This document shows, in pieces, positions 35,635 to 48,651 of a stretch of 64,000 bases of DNA. The DNA lies in contig NC_027218.1 of NCBI RefSeq assembly GCF_000981445.1, positions 1,302,001 through 1,366,000 on the forward strand, given 5' to 3'. The notes beneath the pieces were generated by a model, which saw nothing but the letters and a program-made list of their open reading frames with translations, was not told the DNA's origin and did not search any database. The position numbers and the translations under genes are program-made. This DNA is from Babesia bigemina (Eukaryota). Position 1 is the first letter of the stretch; each line of letters opens with the position of its first letter.

Positions 35635-36423
35635 CTTCCCCTCCCAGTCCCGTCAACCTGCAAACATATCAATCACTTAAGCAACGCACTCATCAACCAC
35701 TCATGAACACGCACCTCAGCAGCGACACTGGCCGTCTCCCATCTGGGCCCCAACGAACCATACAACCGCCATCCACCGCACCGCCAGTCACATCACATCT
35801 ATTCAGATATCAGAACAGAAATACAGCTAAGTCAACGCATGTTGAAAGTATCATGGACTTGGCATGCATGTCAACCGGTACCAGTGTAGCAGTCAGCTCC
35901 ATCCATCACAGACCGTACAACGTTGGCAGTGCCTAAGACTGCTGTAACATTTCTGTCATAATGGTAGTCCGTGTAAGCAACTGTACGTGATTATTACGTT
36001 TCTCATCTCTGCCGTTGCCATCAATGCTACCTAACCGCGGCGGTCACTGGTTATCATGCCACAGAGTCGGCGATGCTCATCACCTAACTCCTCATCAGAA
36101 CACTAACATGTCAGTGACCAATCTAACAGGCGACCTACAATATTACACAGTACAGCAATTGTCATCTGCCTATGTTAGTGGCCAATCAACCGGCTTCACA
36201 TAGCACTGGCTATGTAGGATGGCCTAGGCATGTCTCACAGATAACTCACAACTAAACAACCCAAACTGAATCATCTATTAAGTGTTATACATAAGCCAGG
36301 TTATGCCTGTAATTAGCCACCTTTTTCACACCACGGTGCCGTAGATGCTGCGGTAGCACAACTCTTCACTACTACTCCCCACCCCATTGTTATCTAAAAA
36401 TGACTACGTTAATGCGATAATTA

Positions 36424-38095
36424 CTATTTTAAGTTGAGTAGCTCGTCGGGATCGTCTTCGAAGTAATCGACGTCTTTGTATAGTGATAGCATTTTTCTGC
36501 TCGGTATGAGTAGCGCCTTAACATCGATGATGTGCGACGCCTTGGTGCGTATAAGGTGTGATCGGATGTAGAGGACGTCCATGCGGTAGAGGAAAGTGTG
36601 GAGTATGTACAGCGCCACAAGAGACCACAGTGCAATGAGAAAGTAGAGGAACGGCATCCGGATGTGCCATGTGATTTGGTCGATTTGCCGGAACAACTCG
36701 GTGAAGTGGTCGGATTGCAGCGCCTTTTTGAGTTGGGCGTTGAGGTCTCCGCAGCGAATGGCACGATTATCGGTGACCAAGAGATTTGCGTTGCGATACG
36801 TGAATCCGTAGCGGTAGAGTGTAGGCAGCAGTCCGGCGCACTGGACGGTGGACAGGCAGTGACAAGTGTCCTTCCCACCGTGGGTTCCGGGTTGGCAAGG
36901 GCATGTGGCGCAGCCGGAGGCCGTGCAGTCGATGTTGCCCAGCGCGTGGAGTACGTTGTAGAGCAACTCCCAGAACTGCCATGCCAGGTGTAGTATCCAC
37001 GTGATGTATAGCCCGGCGTGCTTCTGCGGGTAGGTGTGGCGGGCGTGGAGTCCTAGGGGTTGGAGGTAAGGAGCGCATCCACGGGGTGACTTGCAAGTGG
37101 AGTCGTTGAAGAGGCTCGAAAGAGCACCGTGACTTTCGTGGTCATGACCGGCGAGCGACACAATGGCACTGGTGAGTTTCGGATTCTGGTAGCTGCCGTG
37201 GAGCTGTGTCCACAGTGGGAAGAGGCCGTCGATGCCGTCGCTGTTGAGATGCGATATGAGATCGGAGGCATCGGTGTACGTGCCGCCACGGTGCTTAAGA
37301 TGGTCATGACTGTCCCACTTCCGTAGCAGCTGAGCATACAATGCAAACACGTCGGCGAGTGAAGAGGGTGCAGCGGGACATAGAAAAAACAGGGTCCGAT
37401 AGAGCACGAACAGGCATGAGTCGGCGTCACGGCACATATCTCCGAGGCGCCTGGCGAGATCCCAGCCGGTGCCACTTATGGAGGCAGCAAATCCAAGGTC
37501 CCAGAAGCCGAGCGGAGTGAGACACTGCTGGCCGAGTTGGTTGGAGGTGCAGTTGGCACATTCTATGACCATGTCAGCAATGGTGAGGGTATGCGGCAGT
37601 AGTCCATTGCATCGGTCGGAGAGGAACGACTGGAGAGGCGATGTAGGAGGGCAGCCGTGACTGGTGGTAGAGGAAGTGGTTGTTGTAGTTGCACCACTAG
37701 TGGTAGTAGTGGACTCCGTGTCAAATATATGACACTGCCAGTGGTGTGACTGCACCTGCCGGCCGTACGCGCACTCCCGCCACCCCTTGACCCGGGCGGT
37801 GCTGCGGCAGCACTGGGAGTACAGGAAGTAGAGCACTTTACAAAGGCGGCACACCATCTCGCATAGCATATCAAGCAGTGCGTCAGGGTCAGCTGGGTAG
37901 CGGAGCCTGGCGCGGTTGTTGGAGAAGTCCACCGAATACGGATAGGCGGCCAGGTCGAAGCCGTGGCCGTTGCCCTGGATGGCGGTTAGTAGGGCGGTGG
38001 AATGTGAACATGTTTCCCTTATGGTGAACGGCAAGCCTTCAATGCACTTAGCCATGATCGCATCCTCCTTGTTGGGGATATCGCCGTCGTGGCAT
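36424..38095 (-). CDS. 5'-truncated ves-family gene (C-terminal VESA domain, TM and tail), open reading frame
   Basis: AIQGNGHG, GWRECAYG, SPLQSFLSD, CLTPLGF, CAPYL, LPTLYRYGF, TM, and tail MDVLYIRSHL...YKDVDYF. The N-terminal VESA region is absent. The frame stays open to 38220 through antisense sequence. Confidence 0.75.
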
Positions 38096-38299
38096 CTGCG
38101 GTCTCTCGCATTCCTCATCTTCGTTAACACGATGCTATACCGCTTGGATGTGCTGCGCATACGATCACACTTTATACGCTCCAAGGCTTCACACCGCATC
38201 GACGTCATGGCCTTACTCACTAAAGGCCGGAAGATGCTTTCACTTTACAAGGACGTCGGCTACTTCGACGAAGACCCTATTGGTGGAATCGGAATCTAA
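38096..38299 (+). pseudogene. 3' terminal fragment of a paralogous ves-family gene in opposite orientation
   Basis: LRSLAFLIFVNTMLYRLDVLRIRSHFIRSKASHRIDVMALLTKGRKMLSLYKDVGYFDEDP parallels the C-terminus of the 36424 gene. Confidence 0.85.
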
Positions 38300-38464
38300 C
38301 AGTAATTGGCGCATATATGTAATACATTTCACATATTTGATGCGATTTTGTAATATATCTACTGGCCATGCGTGCCCATGGAGGTGAATTGGCGATGATG
38401 TTTTCTGGAAATACATACACTCTTTTTGCGCAAATGGGTTCTATCACGGCGATGTGAAATATAA

Positions 38465-41400
38465 TTAATATTTAATGTCACTGTCTTTGTAGTATTGTGT
38501 ACCTATCGCACCTATAGAAGTGTTAGCAGGAGTTGTGGCACTGCCCGCCTTCTGTGGCATTACTCCTGCCAACTTAAACAGCTCGATATCGGCCTGCGCA
38601 TACTCATATCCCGAATCAGTCATCTGCTGGATAATGTACTTAAGCCTTTCAGATAGATGGCGCGGCAACTGTACACCGGATTTAGGCTTGATTTTGCCAG
38701 AATACGGTGGTGGGTCCCTGATGCTCTGCTGCATGACATATTTCAATTCCCCGCTAGGGTAATATGCCTTCGACCCATGCATCTTGTATGGCGCAAATAG
38801 ATTGTTGAAAAGTCGAAGCCGTTCACCTGGCGTGCCTTTTCCCACAGGTCTCTTCCATCCACGGAAGTCCACTTCGTAGTCCAGTTTTTCTCCAACCATG
38901 TCCATCGCCAGTCTGTCCATGTCGCGTTCTGGAATATCGTGGAATTTCAGGTAGAGGAACCATCGCAGCAACTTCGTGGGGTCGATCTTAATAGACAGAG
39001 CTAGTTCCATGATATCGCATAAGGTATCGGGTGACGTGTACGGCATCACCTCCACAATATCGCACATGCGACGTATCAACAAGTCACCCACGTCGGATAA
39101 AGATGTGTACTTGGCTGCTTTGAGAGCAAGAAGGGTTTCCTTTATGTCCTGCAACGTTTTAACTAACTAGACTGTTATACCCACCTTTACAGATAAAGTG
39201 TGTTTAAAAAACTTCAACAGATCAAGGAAAATCTTCCACACCTGCAAAGCACATTTGAACGCTGTATAGGTGAACTTACATTGTCTATGCGTACACCGCA
39301 TGTGGCCGATACTCGAAGAACATGTGCCATCTCCCTCAAAGGATAGTCCAAGCGCTCGGCATTAAGAGCCTGCAATTGTAAATGTGCGTAGTCACAAACA
39401 GCCTCGCACATTTGGCTGAAGAGTTCCTGTCGCTGGTTCTTTGAGAGAACACTTGAGAAATCACTCAGCAGGTCCACCGTTCTCCGAAGTATCTGCCAGC
39501 TTGGCTGCCTGTTTTCAACAAAACGGTTCATCATGGCAGCGATGAAAGCACTGTCTGGTTCAATCCTTGGTTCGGCTCCTTCAGGTCCTGTGTTGGTCGC
39601 ATCACGATAAATTTCCATGGCCTCTAACCACGCCTCATCACTTATCATAGCTCGTGCGTCCCTGAGAGCAGATAATGCTTTACCAATAAGCACTCTCTCT
39701 TTATCGGTCTTATGAGAGCATGTTTGTAACACGGCTAGGGCCCCCACAGAGCTTAACTCGAAATCTTGTAGAACGGATTCCATATCAAACGTATCCACCA
39801 CATGTTTATACTCCTTTATTAGGTCGCACCAGCTTAGGCAGCTTAGCAAGGACCAGATATGTTGCACAACTCGACCTCTAATTCCACGCACGTTTAGGGC
39901 GTGTTTTAATTGATGCGCACGCTTATCTTGCCGACGGTGTACCGCAGCCATCTCTTCGTCAACTGCCTGCCGGAGGTATTCCCAGTACTGAGGTCCCACC
40001 ACTAACCCCACGCCATTATCATCATTAGACGTTACATTGACGTCACACGGTCCTTGGGGATTGCTTGTAGATGCACTTGATTTGGCGCATTCCAACTGTG
40101 TACCTGGGTCACCGTTATCACCTTCCTTACGTGGTGCATTTTGCGATAAGTAGCCCTCTGCACAAGCAAAACCACTCTCCGGTTCATGTAAAGCTGAGGT
40201 TACCATGATGTCCTTGTTGCCCTTAAAATCTGGCACCTTGAGTTGCATGATGTCGCGTTTGTATAACTGCATAAATGCAACCATAAAATCGCGGGTAAGA
40301 GCACCGGGATACCTGGCCAAGAGGTTCAGACATTGTGCCCCTGTATCGAAATCCATGCACTTCGGGTGGTCAACATCAACAGCACATTTCACCAGATCTG
40401 CTGCCATATGGTGCTGCACATGTTGCGCTACCGCTTTGACAAACTTCAGAAAAACCGATTTGGGCAGTTTGTGAACATTGGCTAAGTTGACGGCAATAGG
40501 GATGAGGTACTTTGGGCGCATTTGCGCCATTTTTGCCGTTGTTAACACAATTATCTCATCCACAATGGTTTCAATACCGTCACGGACGTTCCAAAAGGCC
40601 AATGTGGCGGATAGAGTCGCCAAATAAGCGTCATCTACTTTGCAAAGTTGCGCGTCAATGCCTGGCACTTCAATATCCGCTATTCGCAGTTTTAACCGCG
40701 TAATCTCAAGTTCCAGTGAGCGTTCTATTGAAGTGAGTATTGCCTTCACACGCTGTTCCTGAAACAAATCCGCAGCCGGCGTTAGCAAGAGTTGCTTCGC
40801 CTTCAAAAGAGCGACCATAGCGTTTATTGCATTGACTCTATACGTTTCGGGAGATTTATCCGGCGTCAATGTCAGGGGGTAAACTGGGTCTGGTGGCGGC
40901 TTTGGGAACCCTTCCCACCCAGGGAATATGATGCCGAACAACCGGTCATGCGCGTCGGGGATCTCAGGCTCCGGTTTGGGCTCCTCTCTATCAAACGGGT
41001 CGAAGTACCTGAGTACGTCGTACAGGTATTCAGCTTTTTCGAACACTTGCATCATCTGATGGTCTTCAGGCAGCATGAGAAAATGGTGCAAGTAGTCTTG
41101 TAAAAAGTTCGGAGGGAGTTGGACGTTATGATTAGTTTGTTCGTTATTGGTTGTTGCAGTCAACTCCGTCGCTACACCCTCTACGTTTGTTTGTCTGCCG
41201 TCCATTTGCATGATGTCTCCCTGGCTGGGAATGTTGTCCGTCGTATCACCCGTCGATTCCCGGCTCAACAGAGGGTCAGTAGAGTTGTCTTCCGCTCCAA
41301 CGCCAGTGTTAGCTGAAGAATCAAATTTGACCTTCAAATCAACTGTATTGAGTTTATAATTGACTTCAATAGGTTCTTTTAGTTGCAACCCAGATTTAAT

Positions 41401-43260
41401 CCGTGTCATCCGTCTGTATTCGTCCCACGGGTTGTAGGGGTTTAATGAGAGCAGTAATTCCAGCTGCCTCTGCCGTTCACTTCTCAGGAAATCGGTGTCA
41501 ACCAATTTGTATTCCCCATCTATAGTGGCGGTGAACGTTGTTGCGGCAACCCTTGGCAGCGCTTGTATATCATCATTGCCAACGTTATGCCCATCAGTCG
41601 CTGTAGCGCTCTCTTCACGTATATCGTTTTCAGACTTGATTTCCACATTCGTATCACTCAGTGATCCTATACTCCTGCATTCAACCGATTCTGTGGTGGT
41701 AGTTGTCGAATCTGTGGTCGTGTTGTCAATCGCTTCTGGCAAGGAATTGATACACGTTTCCGCGTTCACACTTTCGATGTGTCCAATCTCCTTTTCTAGC
41801 CTTTTGTGTCTGATCTCCTCAAGCTGTTTCTCTATTTCATCCATATCTTTAAGGAGCGAGTTTGAGATTATTAGTTCTTCCAAAGTATGGTTCCTTTCCT
41901 CTACCTCGCCACAGGTGGTACTCGGCCTTTTCAAATATTGGGTCTGATGAAGCGACGTACGCCCCCACGCCTTGTACACGTTCGGATCGCTGTAGGTTTC
42001 GTCAGGTGTGCCTGTTATAGGGTATCTGTATCCGCATGCCTCTTCCCGCTTGAGTTGCCTTAGACATTTGTCGACGACGTCACTTGCCGTCAGTTGCTTG
42101 CTGCGCCTTGCAGCCCGGATCTTATCGTCGTAACCCGATTTAATGATTTCCATGTAGCGGTGCCACTTGTAAGGGAGGTCAGGATGGTCCTCAATTTCAT
42201 ATTGCAACCCGTCTATTGCTTCAAGGAAATCATCCACAGTCATGCCGTCTGCGTCCTCAGCATATTGAACTTCGGCTGATTGCTGAACGTCCTTTAGCCT
42301 TCTTTTGAGGAACCTATAAACATCGCGATCGCCTTTTTTGTCGGATCGCCCCCATGACTCCATGGTTGTGTATAGGTCTTCGTATTGTTCTACTTCCTCG
42401 CCGATCGATGTGCCCTCCTTCCGCACGTAAGCAACACTCTCACCGTCCTCATCGCCATTGACATCGTTTTGGTTGTCTGAAGGGTCTTTGCTTGCGAGAT
42501 CATCAGATATACGATCCACATGTGCCACACCGAACCGTTTTCCCGTCACATCCTCACGAATTTTGGATTCCCCCTCCAAACCGGCACGCCTAATACCCTT
42601 CGCTATTTTTCCATCCTTTGCGTTGCTACGAATGGTTGCGGGTGTCTTCATCGAGCCTCTGTATGACTTTATTATAGGGGGTATGAAGTTGTCATCCTCT
42701 AACAATTCATGTCGGTTGCTGGAGTGCAGTTTACCTTTTTGGCCACCCAGTACATTTCCTTCCATATTGTCATCCATGGCATGCACGCCATCGGAGTCAT
42801 TATAGCTGCCCCTACCATCATCTTCAAAATCATTGTCACCGTTCTCCCCTTGGATTTCACAGTCGCTGGATGTCGGCGTATAACTTGCAGCCATATTCGA
42901 AGGTGCCCGTCTTCCTCGTTGTATTCGATGTGCCTTTGGCTTTCTTCCGTATAATCCGTCTGCATTCATTCCAATCATTGGCACAAACGCAGGGTTGCAG
43001 GTGACGCTTTGCAGTCCAGCTCTATTTCGTGCCAAATCACCAGGAAACCAAGCACTGTATCCACACATATGAGAACACAGATAGCTCCTATTAGCTCCAT
43101 CTTTAACCCCAGATGTCACATGAGCGGAATAACGGTGTCTAAGGTTAATCCCGATCCGAGAGTTGTTTAGAGCGTCCACGATACGGAACTGTGTCAACGT
43201 TATCGCCTGCAACAGACATATTATGGCACACAGCCCTCTTAAGCGCCATATATGGCGCAT
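38465..43260 (-). CDS. Large hypothetical protein with signal peptide and basic transit-like region (possibly apicoplast), 2-3 exons
   Basis: 1348-aa ORF starting MRHIWRLRGLCAIICLLQAITL, a GTAAG donor near 39279, and a downstream 229-aa ORF after a CAG acceptor near 39150. No family recognised. Confidence 0.75.
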
Positions 43261-43672
43261 TGTGCCGCTAATAACCGCTCAACATTTTCACAGCGCCAGG
43301 ACAATGCATGGAATCCACGTCATATTTAGCCTTCCACGCAATTGGGGCGGTAGGCTACCAACCTAAGCGCAATGAAGCCAGCAAATATACACATAAATTG
43401 CGATATGCGCGTTTATGGGCGCCAAAGAGGGTCAGCAAAGGGATTGCTGCCGCACTCAGCCGGAGCTGCGAATGTGCACCGCCAACTCCCTCCCGTTCTT
43501 ATGAATCTAGCGTCAAACTACATGTATTTTACACTTTGTTCGTTCTGCAATGTGGCAAAGGGGTTACAGCTCTCCCTGTGCATGTTACAGTGTGTGGGAG
43601 CGGCGCCTAGTGTGTCGCGCCGTTGGAGTGCGATACCCGGGAGCATCGGACGGCGTTGATGCTGCTGTATAG

Positions 43673-44540
43673 TTACATGGTATCTGCGAAGATGTGTGGT
43701 TGGTAACTGTTCTGCTCACCCTTGCGGCTGACGTAAATCCCGTTTTGGAGGTGGAACTTGCTGCACAGCCAATCAAGCGCCTCGCGAATCCCCTCGCCGG
43801 TGGCAGCCGAGCACGCGTAAATGCGCCTGCGCAGTATAATAATCCATCTAAGTTCACCTACACATGGCGGTCTCTGATCTGGTCGAGGTTCAGCGCATCG
43901 TGCGCCTCTTCGAGGAACACGAAGGAGTGCTTGTCGCACTTGTTTAGCAGAATCAGCAAATTGGGAGTGCCAGTGGTTTCTTGCAGTTGTGTGAACAGGT
44001 AGTCGCGAGCTGCGGCCAACTTGTCAGGGTCCGATCCGTCAACGACGCATACGAGCGCTCTGGCAACATCGGTTGCATTGGCAACTTCCTTTTGTGCAGT
44101 GTGCTCGGATACCCATAGTAGCATCCTGACTTTGCGGTGCGTGATCCATTGCATGTCTACTTCAACTGCATAATTGTGAGAAGGCGTGTCTAAAAGCGGA
44201 AAGAGCGCCGCTGATCTCACAGCAACGCCATGAACTAGTCGGCATGAGACGCGCCTGTTTTCAAAACACATGTAAAAAACAACGAGTCCAAAGTCATGTA
44301 ATTACAATCAACTGCCATTTCCTCAAAAGGATTCGAATACATAAGACAGTTGGGATAGTTAGACACAGGGTGGAACATACCATCATCTCGCTTAGCATCC
44401 AAAACAGGTACACCGTACTTGAGGAATCTCACGATAGAATGCTTGCCGGAGCCCGCAAGTCCAAATACGTGTAGCTGCAGCGTAGGGTACGATTGAGGTG
44501 ATACGCTTAGAGGACGGCGGCACGAAAGTGAGCCTCCCAT
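43673..44540 (-). CDS. Divergent ARF-like small GTPase (3 exons)
   Basis: MG N-terminus, VFGLAGSGKHS, ALVCVVDGSD, LLILLNKCD and IYACSAATGEGIREALDWL. Confidence 0.8.
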
Positions 44541-45658
44541 GTTGCAGCCGCGTTAGGTGTATGATCGCGATGAGATTTACCTTAAACACTCAGCGATCTG
44601 CGTGTTATTATCGTTGAGATCTATTTAGTTTACTTTTGTCATATGGTGCAGCGCGACGCGCCATTCGGGATCGTTGTACTCCTACCGGCAGCTCGTGACC
44701 GCGGTGGCCACGCACACCTGGATACCGGGCGACGCCCATGAGTACGCCTAGATACTTTTGATTGTCTGACGTAAAATATTGGCGCGGATTCGTGCTCGGT
44801 CTCGTTGTTTGTTGTATGTTATAACGTCGCCACTGCAGCATGCGCTACACACACCTCCCCGCGATAACACCTGTCTGCGAGTCGTTGTCGTTGTGATACT
44901 GATTTTTTGAATGTGCAATTTCAGTGGCCATGCGGAGACGTCATTCAAATTCGCGATTTTTCGATGTTTAGTGTGTGACTTGGACATGCATGATGTCGCA
45001 TCGAATTAATTTGGAATCTTGCCGCAAATGGCAATACCATCTTTACGTAGCTAGCATGCTGTTATAAAATTGTAATTACACATGTCGTGTTACAAAATAA
45101 GTGTGTCATCGCGGGATCGAGTTAGCCGATTCGTATCGATAAAAACTGAGTTGTAGGAACCATAACGATTCGCTACATTTAGACATGCGTTTGTAAATAA
45201 GCGTGATAGCTCCACCTTTGCACACCCACGACCGTTTCGACTTCCATTTCCAGCTCTTGCGAGACATGCGAATCATTAAGGGAGTCAAAAGATGTCATCG
45301 GCTATATTTAAAGCTACACATTTCGGCACACTATTAATATAGGGGTTTCAATCGTCAGTTGGTATAGAACATCATCACATCTGTACGCCTCTGCAAGGTA
45401 CTTGCCACCCTACAGATTCACCGTCGGGGATCAGTTTGGATTATTTCACGAGTCCTGCCACTAAAAATTGTAGGTCAGCATTTGGGTTAGTTAAAAAATT
45501 TGTCTGTGAGAAGCGGAGGGCACGGTTTCGTACCCGCTTTTTGGTAGCCTAGGCGCCGCCACTCGGCGGTAGCTGTCGTTTATTAGACATGCGATAGCTC
45601 GGTTTCTACGCATTCGACTAGCTTCCGACATCTTCATGTATTAGGTGTGTATTGGGAG

Positions 45659-47410
45659 ATGTCGGACGAAAATCCTGCCGGGCCGCCGGAGCATCATTCG
45701 GATAATGATGAAACCAAGGCCTCGGCAGTGGTCGAGATGCAGTCTATTGAGCCAGGTAACGCTAATGATGAGATACAGGGTGACAAGTCTAAGGTTGAGG
45801 GGCTAGTAAATCGTAGAATATGCTACATTTTCGCTCTCATGGCGGTTCTGGAGTGCTTCGTGAACTATGACCTAGGCGCTATGTCGGTCATGGTGCCGCT
45901 GATCCAGAGTCAGTATGCATTCTCCACAACTGATCTTGGCATCATGGGAGCACTGCCGTTCTTAGGGTTGATCGTGTTGAGCCCGATTATTGGAACTGTT
46001 TTCACGTTCTTCAAGGCGAGGACGATCATAGCATTGGGGCTAGTCATGAACGTTTCGTCGCTTCTCGTCTTTGCGTTGGCTTACAACAAGGTCATGTTCT
46101 ACCTTTCTCGGTTTCTTGTGGGCGCAACCCAGTCCTTCTTCGTTATTTACGCCCCGGTGTGGGTCGGATGTTTTGCGCCCGATGCCCGCAAGAACCTTTG
46201 GATGGCCATACTGCAAGGGTCGATTGTTGGGGGCTTCATGCTCGGCTATGCCTTCACTGCCATACTCAAAGACGCCAGTGATGATGGGTGGCGAATCAGC
46301 ATCGGATCGCAGATGGGCGTTTTGTCGGTTCTTGTTTACCTGTTCATGTGGACTCCCAGCCAGTACATCAACCTGCCGTCGATGGAAACCCCCAAGAAGG
46401 AAGCTGATGAGACTCCAGTTGAGGCAGATAGCGAGGGGAGCGTGGTAGTTATGTCGAACATGGCTGCTCTCCGAAGCCGAGCTGAGCGGAGTCCGAGTTC
46501 GCCGAGGAGCATCGACGACAGCACTGTTTTACACAACCGCGGATACTCCTGCGAGCCAGTTACTAAACGCCCAAGCATTCTTCCCGGAGACACGCTGCAG
46601 ATGTTGCCGTCCAGAAATAGCTGCATCGGTAGAATCAACACTGATATCATGAAGCGTCCGAGCATTATCAGCGCAACCTGCCATCTGCCGTGCAGGTCCA
46701 ATGAATCCATGGTATCTGGAGCGCCACAAGATCCCGAAAATGGGGAGTCATACACCTTGTGGTCGAGTTGCAAGATAATATTGTCGAACCCATACTTCTG
46801 CTTCTCCACGATGACCGTCTCCGCCTTGTTCTACGTAGTCACTGCCATCCAGTACTGGACCACCAAGGTTGCAATAGCGTTGTACGAAGTGCCGGAATCG
46901 TTACTCTACACTCTATTTGTGGCAACATCGACGACGGCGCCAGTGATGGGCGTCATTGCGGGTTCGTGGATTATCGATGTACTCAGTGCACGATACCCGA
47001 GCAAACCGATCATCATCGACCTCGTTCTCGTATCGTGGACGTTGGTGACTCTGTTGTGCGCACTTTCGGTGACGTTGTGGCACAGCTTCTACAATCTGGT
47101 TGGCTGCATCTGGGTCATCTTATTTTTCGGCGGTGGTCTTCTCCCGCCCATCACTTTGATCACCATCAACACCATCTCAGAGCCCCTGAGGCCCATGGCG
47201 TCAAGCATATGCATGTGCCTCTATCACATTTTCGGCTACATAGGCGGAACTTTGCTTCCCGGCGTCATAATGGACCTAACAGAGACGGACCGATCCGCCA
47301 TTTTCGCGACCTACTTCCCCGTTATTTTGGGCACCTTAGGTGCGATGGGGAACGCCTTGGCGCGTTACTATGAATACAAACGCGCTCCAGCAGCGGAATC
47401 TAATGTTTAA
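45659..47410 (+). CDS. Major facilitator superfamily transporter (Spinster-like)
   Basis: About 12 hydrophobic segments in 6+6 arrangement around a long loop. Motifs FVNYDLG, SRFLVGATQSFFVIYAPVWV, GFMLGY, WR and LRPMASS. Confidence 0.88.
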   Translation: MSDENPAGPPEHHSDNDETKASAVVEMQSIEPGNANDEIQGDKSKVEGLVNRRICYIFALMAVLECFVNYDLGAMSVMVPLIQSQYAFSTTDLGIMGALPFLGLIVLSPIIGTVFTFFKARTIIALGLVMNVSSLLVFALAYNKVMFYLSRFLVGATQSFFVIYAPVWVGCFAPDARKNLWMAILQGSIVGGFMLGYAFTAILKDASDDGWRISIGSQMGVLSVLVYLFMWTPSQYINLPSMETPKKEADETPVEADSEGSVVVMSNMAALRSRAERSPSSPRSIDDSTVLHNRGYSCEPVTKRPSILPGDTLQMLPSRNSCIGRINTDIMKRPSIISATCHLPCRSNESMVSGAPQDPENGESYTLWSSCKIILSNPYFCFSTMTVSALFYVVTAIQYWTTKVAIALYEVPESLLYTLFVATSTTAPVMGVIAGSWIIDVLSARYPSKPIIIDLVLVSWTLVTLLCALSVTLWHSFYNLVGCIWVILFFGGGLLPPITLITINTISEPLRPMASSICMCLYHIFGYIGGTLLPGVIMDLTETDRSAIFATYFPVILGTLGAMGNALARYYEYKRAPAAESNV

Positions 47411-47979
47411 CGAGTATAATTCGCAGCGTACAACACGGATATAACATCCTTGTCTATGTGGTTCCCCTGTACTTAATTATTATTATGTTCTGTTGATTAT
47501 TATTGTTGTTGTGGTTTCTCATCCTATAGTGAGTTATGTGGCTGCCTTCAGGTTGGGACGATTTTCATGCTTATTAAAGGTTGCCTGTCACATTGTTGAT
47601 ATAAGTTGAGTGCTCAACGCCGGTCCATTGCCGATCGTCACTGGTGCCATCCATGCGGGGATCCATCCAGTTTGGGCTTGAGGGTCAGTCACAGAGCCAG
47701 CCTTATCTTGGTTTCATGTACCTCATCATATAACCTATAACCATGAAACTATTCTGCTAGATGAAAGCTCTCCGCTTCATACCCTCAACCACGTCTCTGC
47801 ATCTCCTCTTCTTTTATGCCCCGTCTACACCAGGTTGCCTTCGTTGACAGCCCCGTTCACCACGGTTGTGAAGGCGTTCTCTATACTATCTACGATGTTT
47901 TCTTCTGGTATAGTATGCTCTCAGCCCTCATGAGACTCCTGAGTTTGGCATGGCACTTCTCATTACTACAATCCTCCAC

Positions 47980-48600
47980 CTGCCCCTTACTGCTATTCAC
48001 TCATACCATCGCCTTTCATCTAGATATATCTTGACTGTGCTTCACAGTTACATCAGTAATCCTTCAAATTGAGGTCACATCCTCATCCATCACGCATCGA
48101 GGATTCCACTAGTTGTGAGAGGTGCGGAGGGGTGAAACGCCATTGCCCTTTCCGCATCACGATTGCAGCATGCTTGTATTCGTGTAGTCGCCACCCAGTT
48201 AGTCGAGTCACATTTAGGAAGACCGTTTTAGTATTATGTTAAAACCGTGCAGTGGCAGTGGGGCAGACCAGTTATTGCAAAGGAGTGGGAGAGAAACAGA
48301 TGCGAATATTAATGAACCGTCCTATAGGTTTCAACTATTGCAATGAGCCTTTGAACATTGGAATGTATGTTGGTGGTCTGACGTCACCTCCGAAGTGGAT
48401 TGTAATTTCAAGCTGTCTGGGTGCTGGCGGTTGTAATGAGGTGAGCTAGGCGGATGCTAGTTTTGTAGTGAATTTCAAATGCGCCCTCATAACTGTAGTC
48501 GTTTAAGTAATGTAGTCTAGAGTACTGAGGGGAGAGTTTGTCGGCCGTCCAGTGCTTATCGCAGTTTTGCGGCAGGGTAGAGGATCTGCAACATCGAAGT
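47980..48600 (+). promoter_or_regulatory. Conserved ves upstream region, copy 2
   Basis: Collinear similarity to 26590-27200 at the same distance from the ves ATG. Confidence 0.75.
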
Positions 48601-48651
48601 GGTATTGGGTTCCGTGAAGTCGTGTATATGGTAGTCCCATGAAATTTAAGG

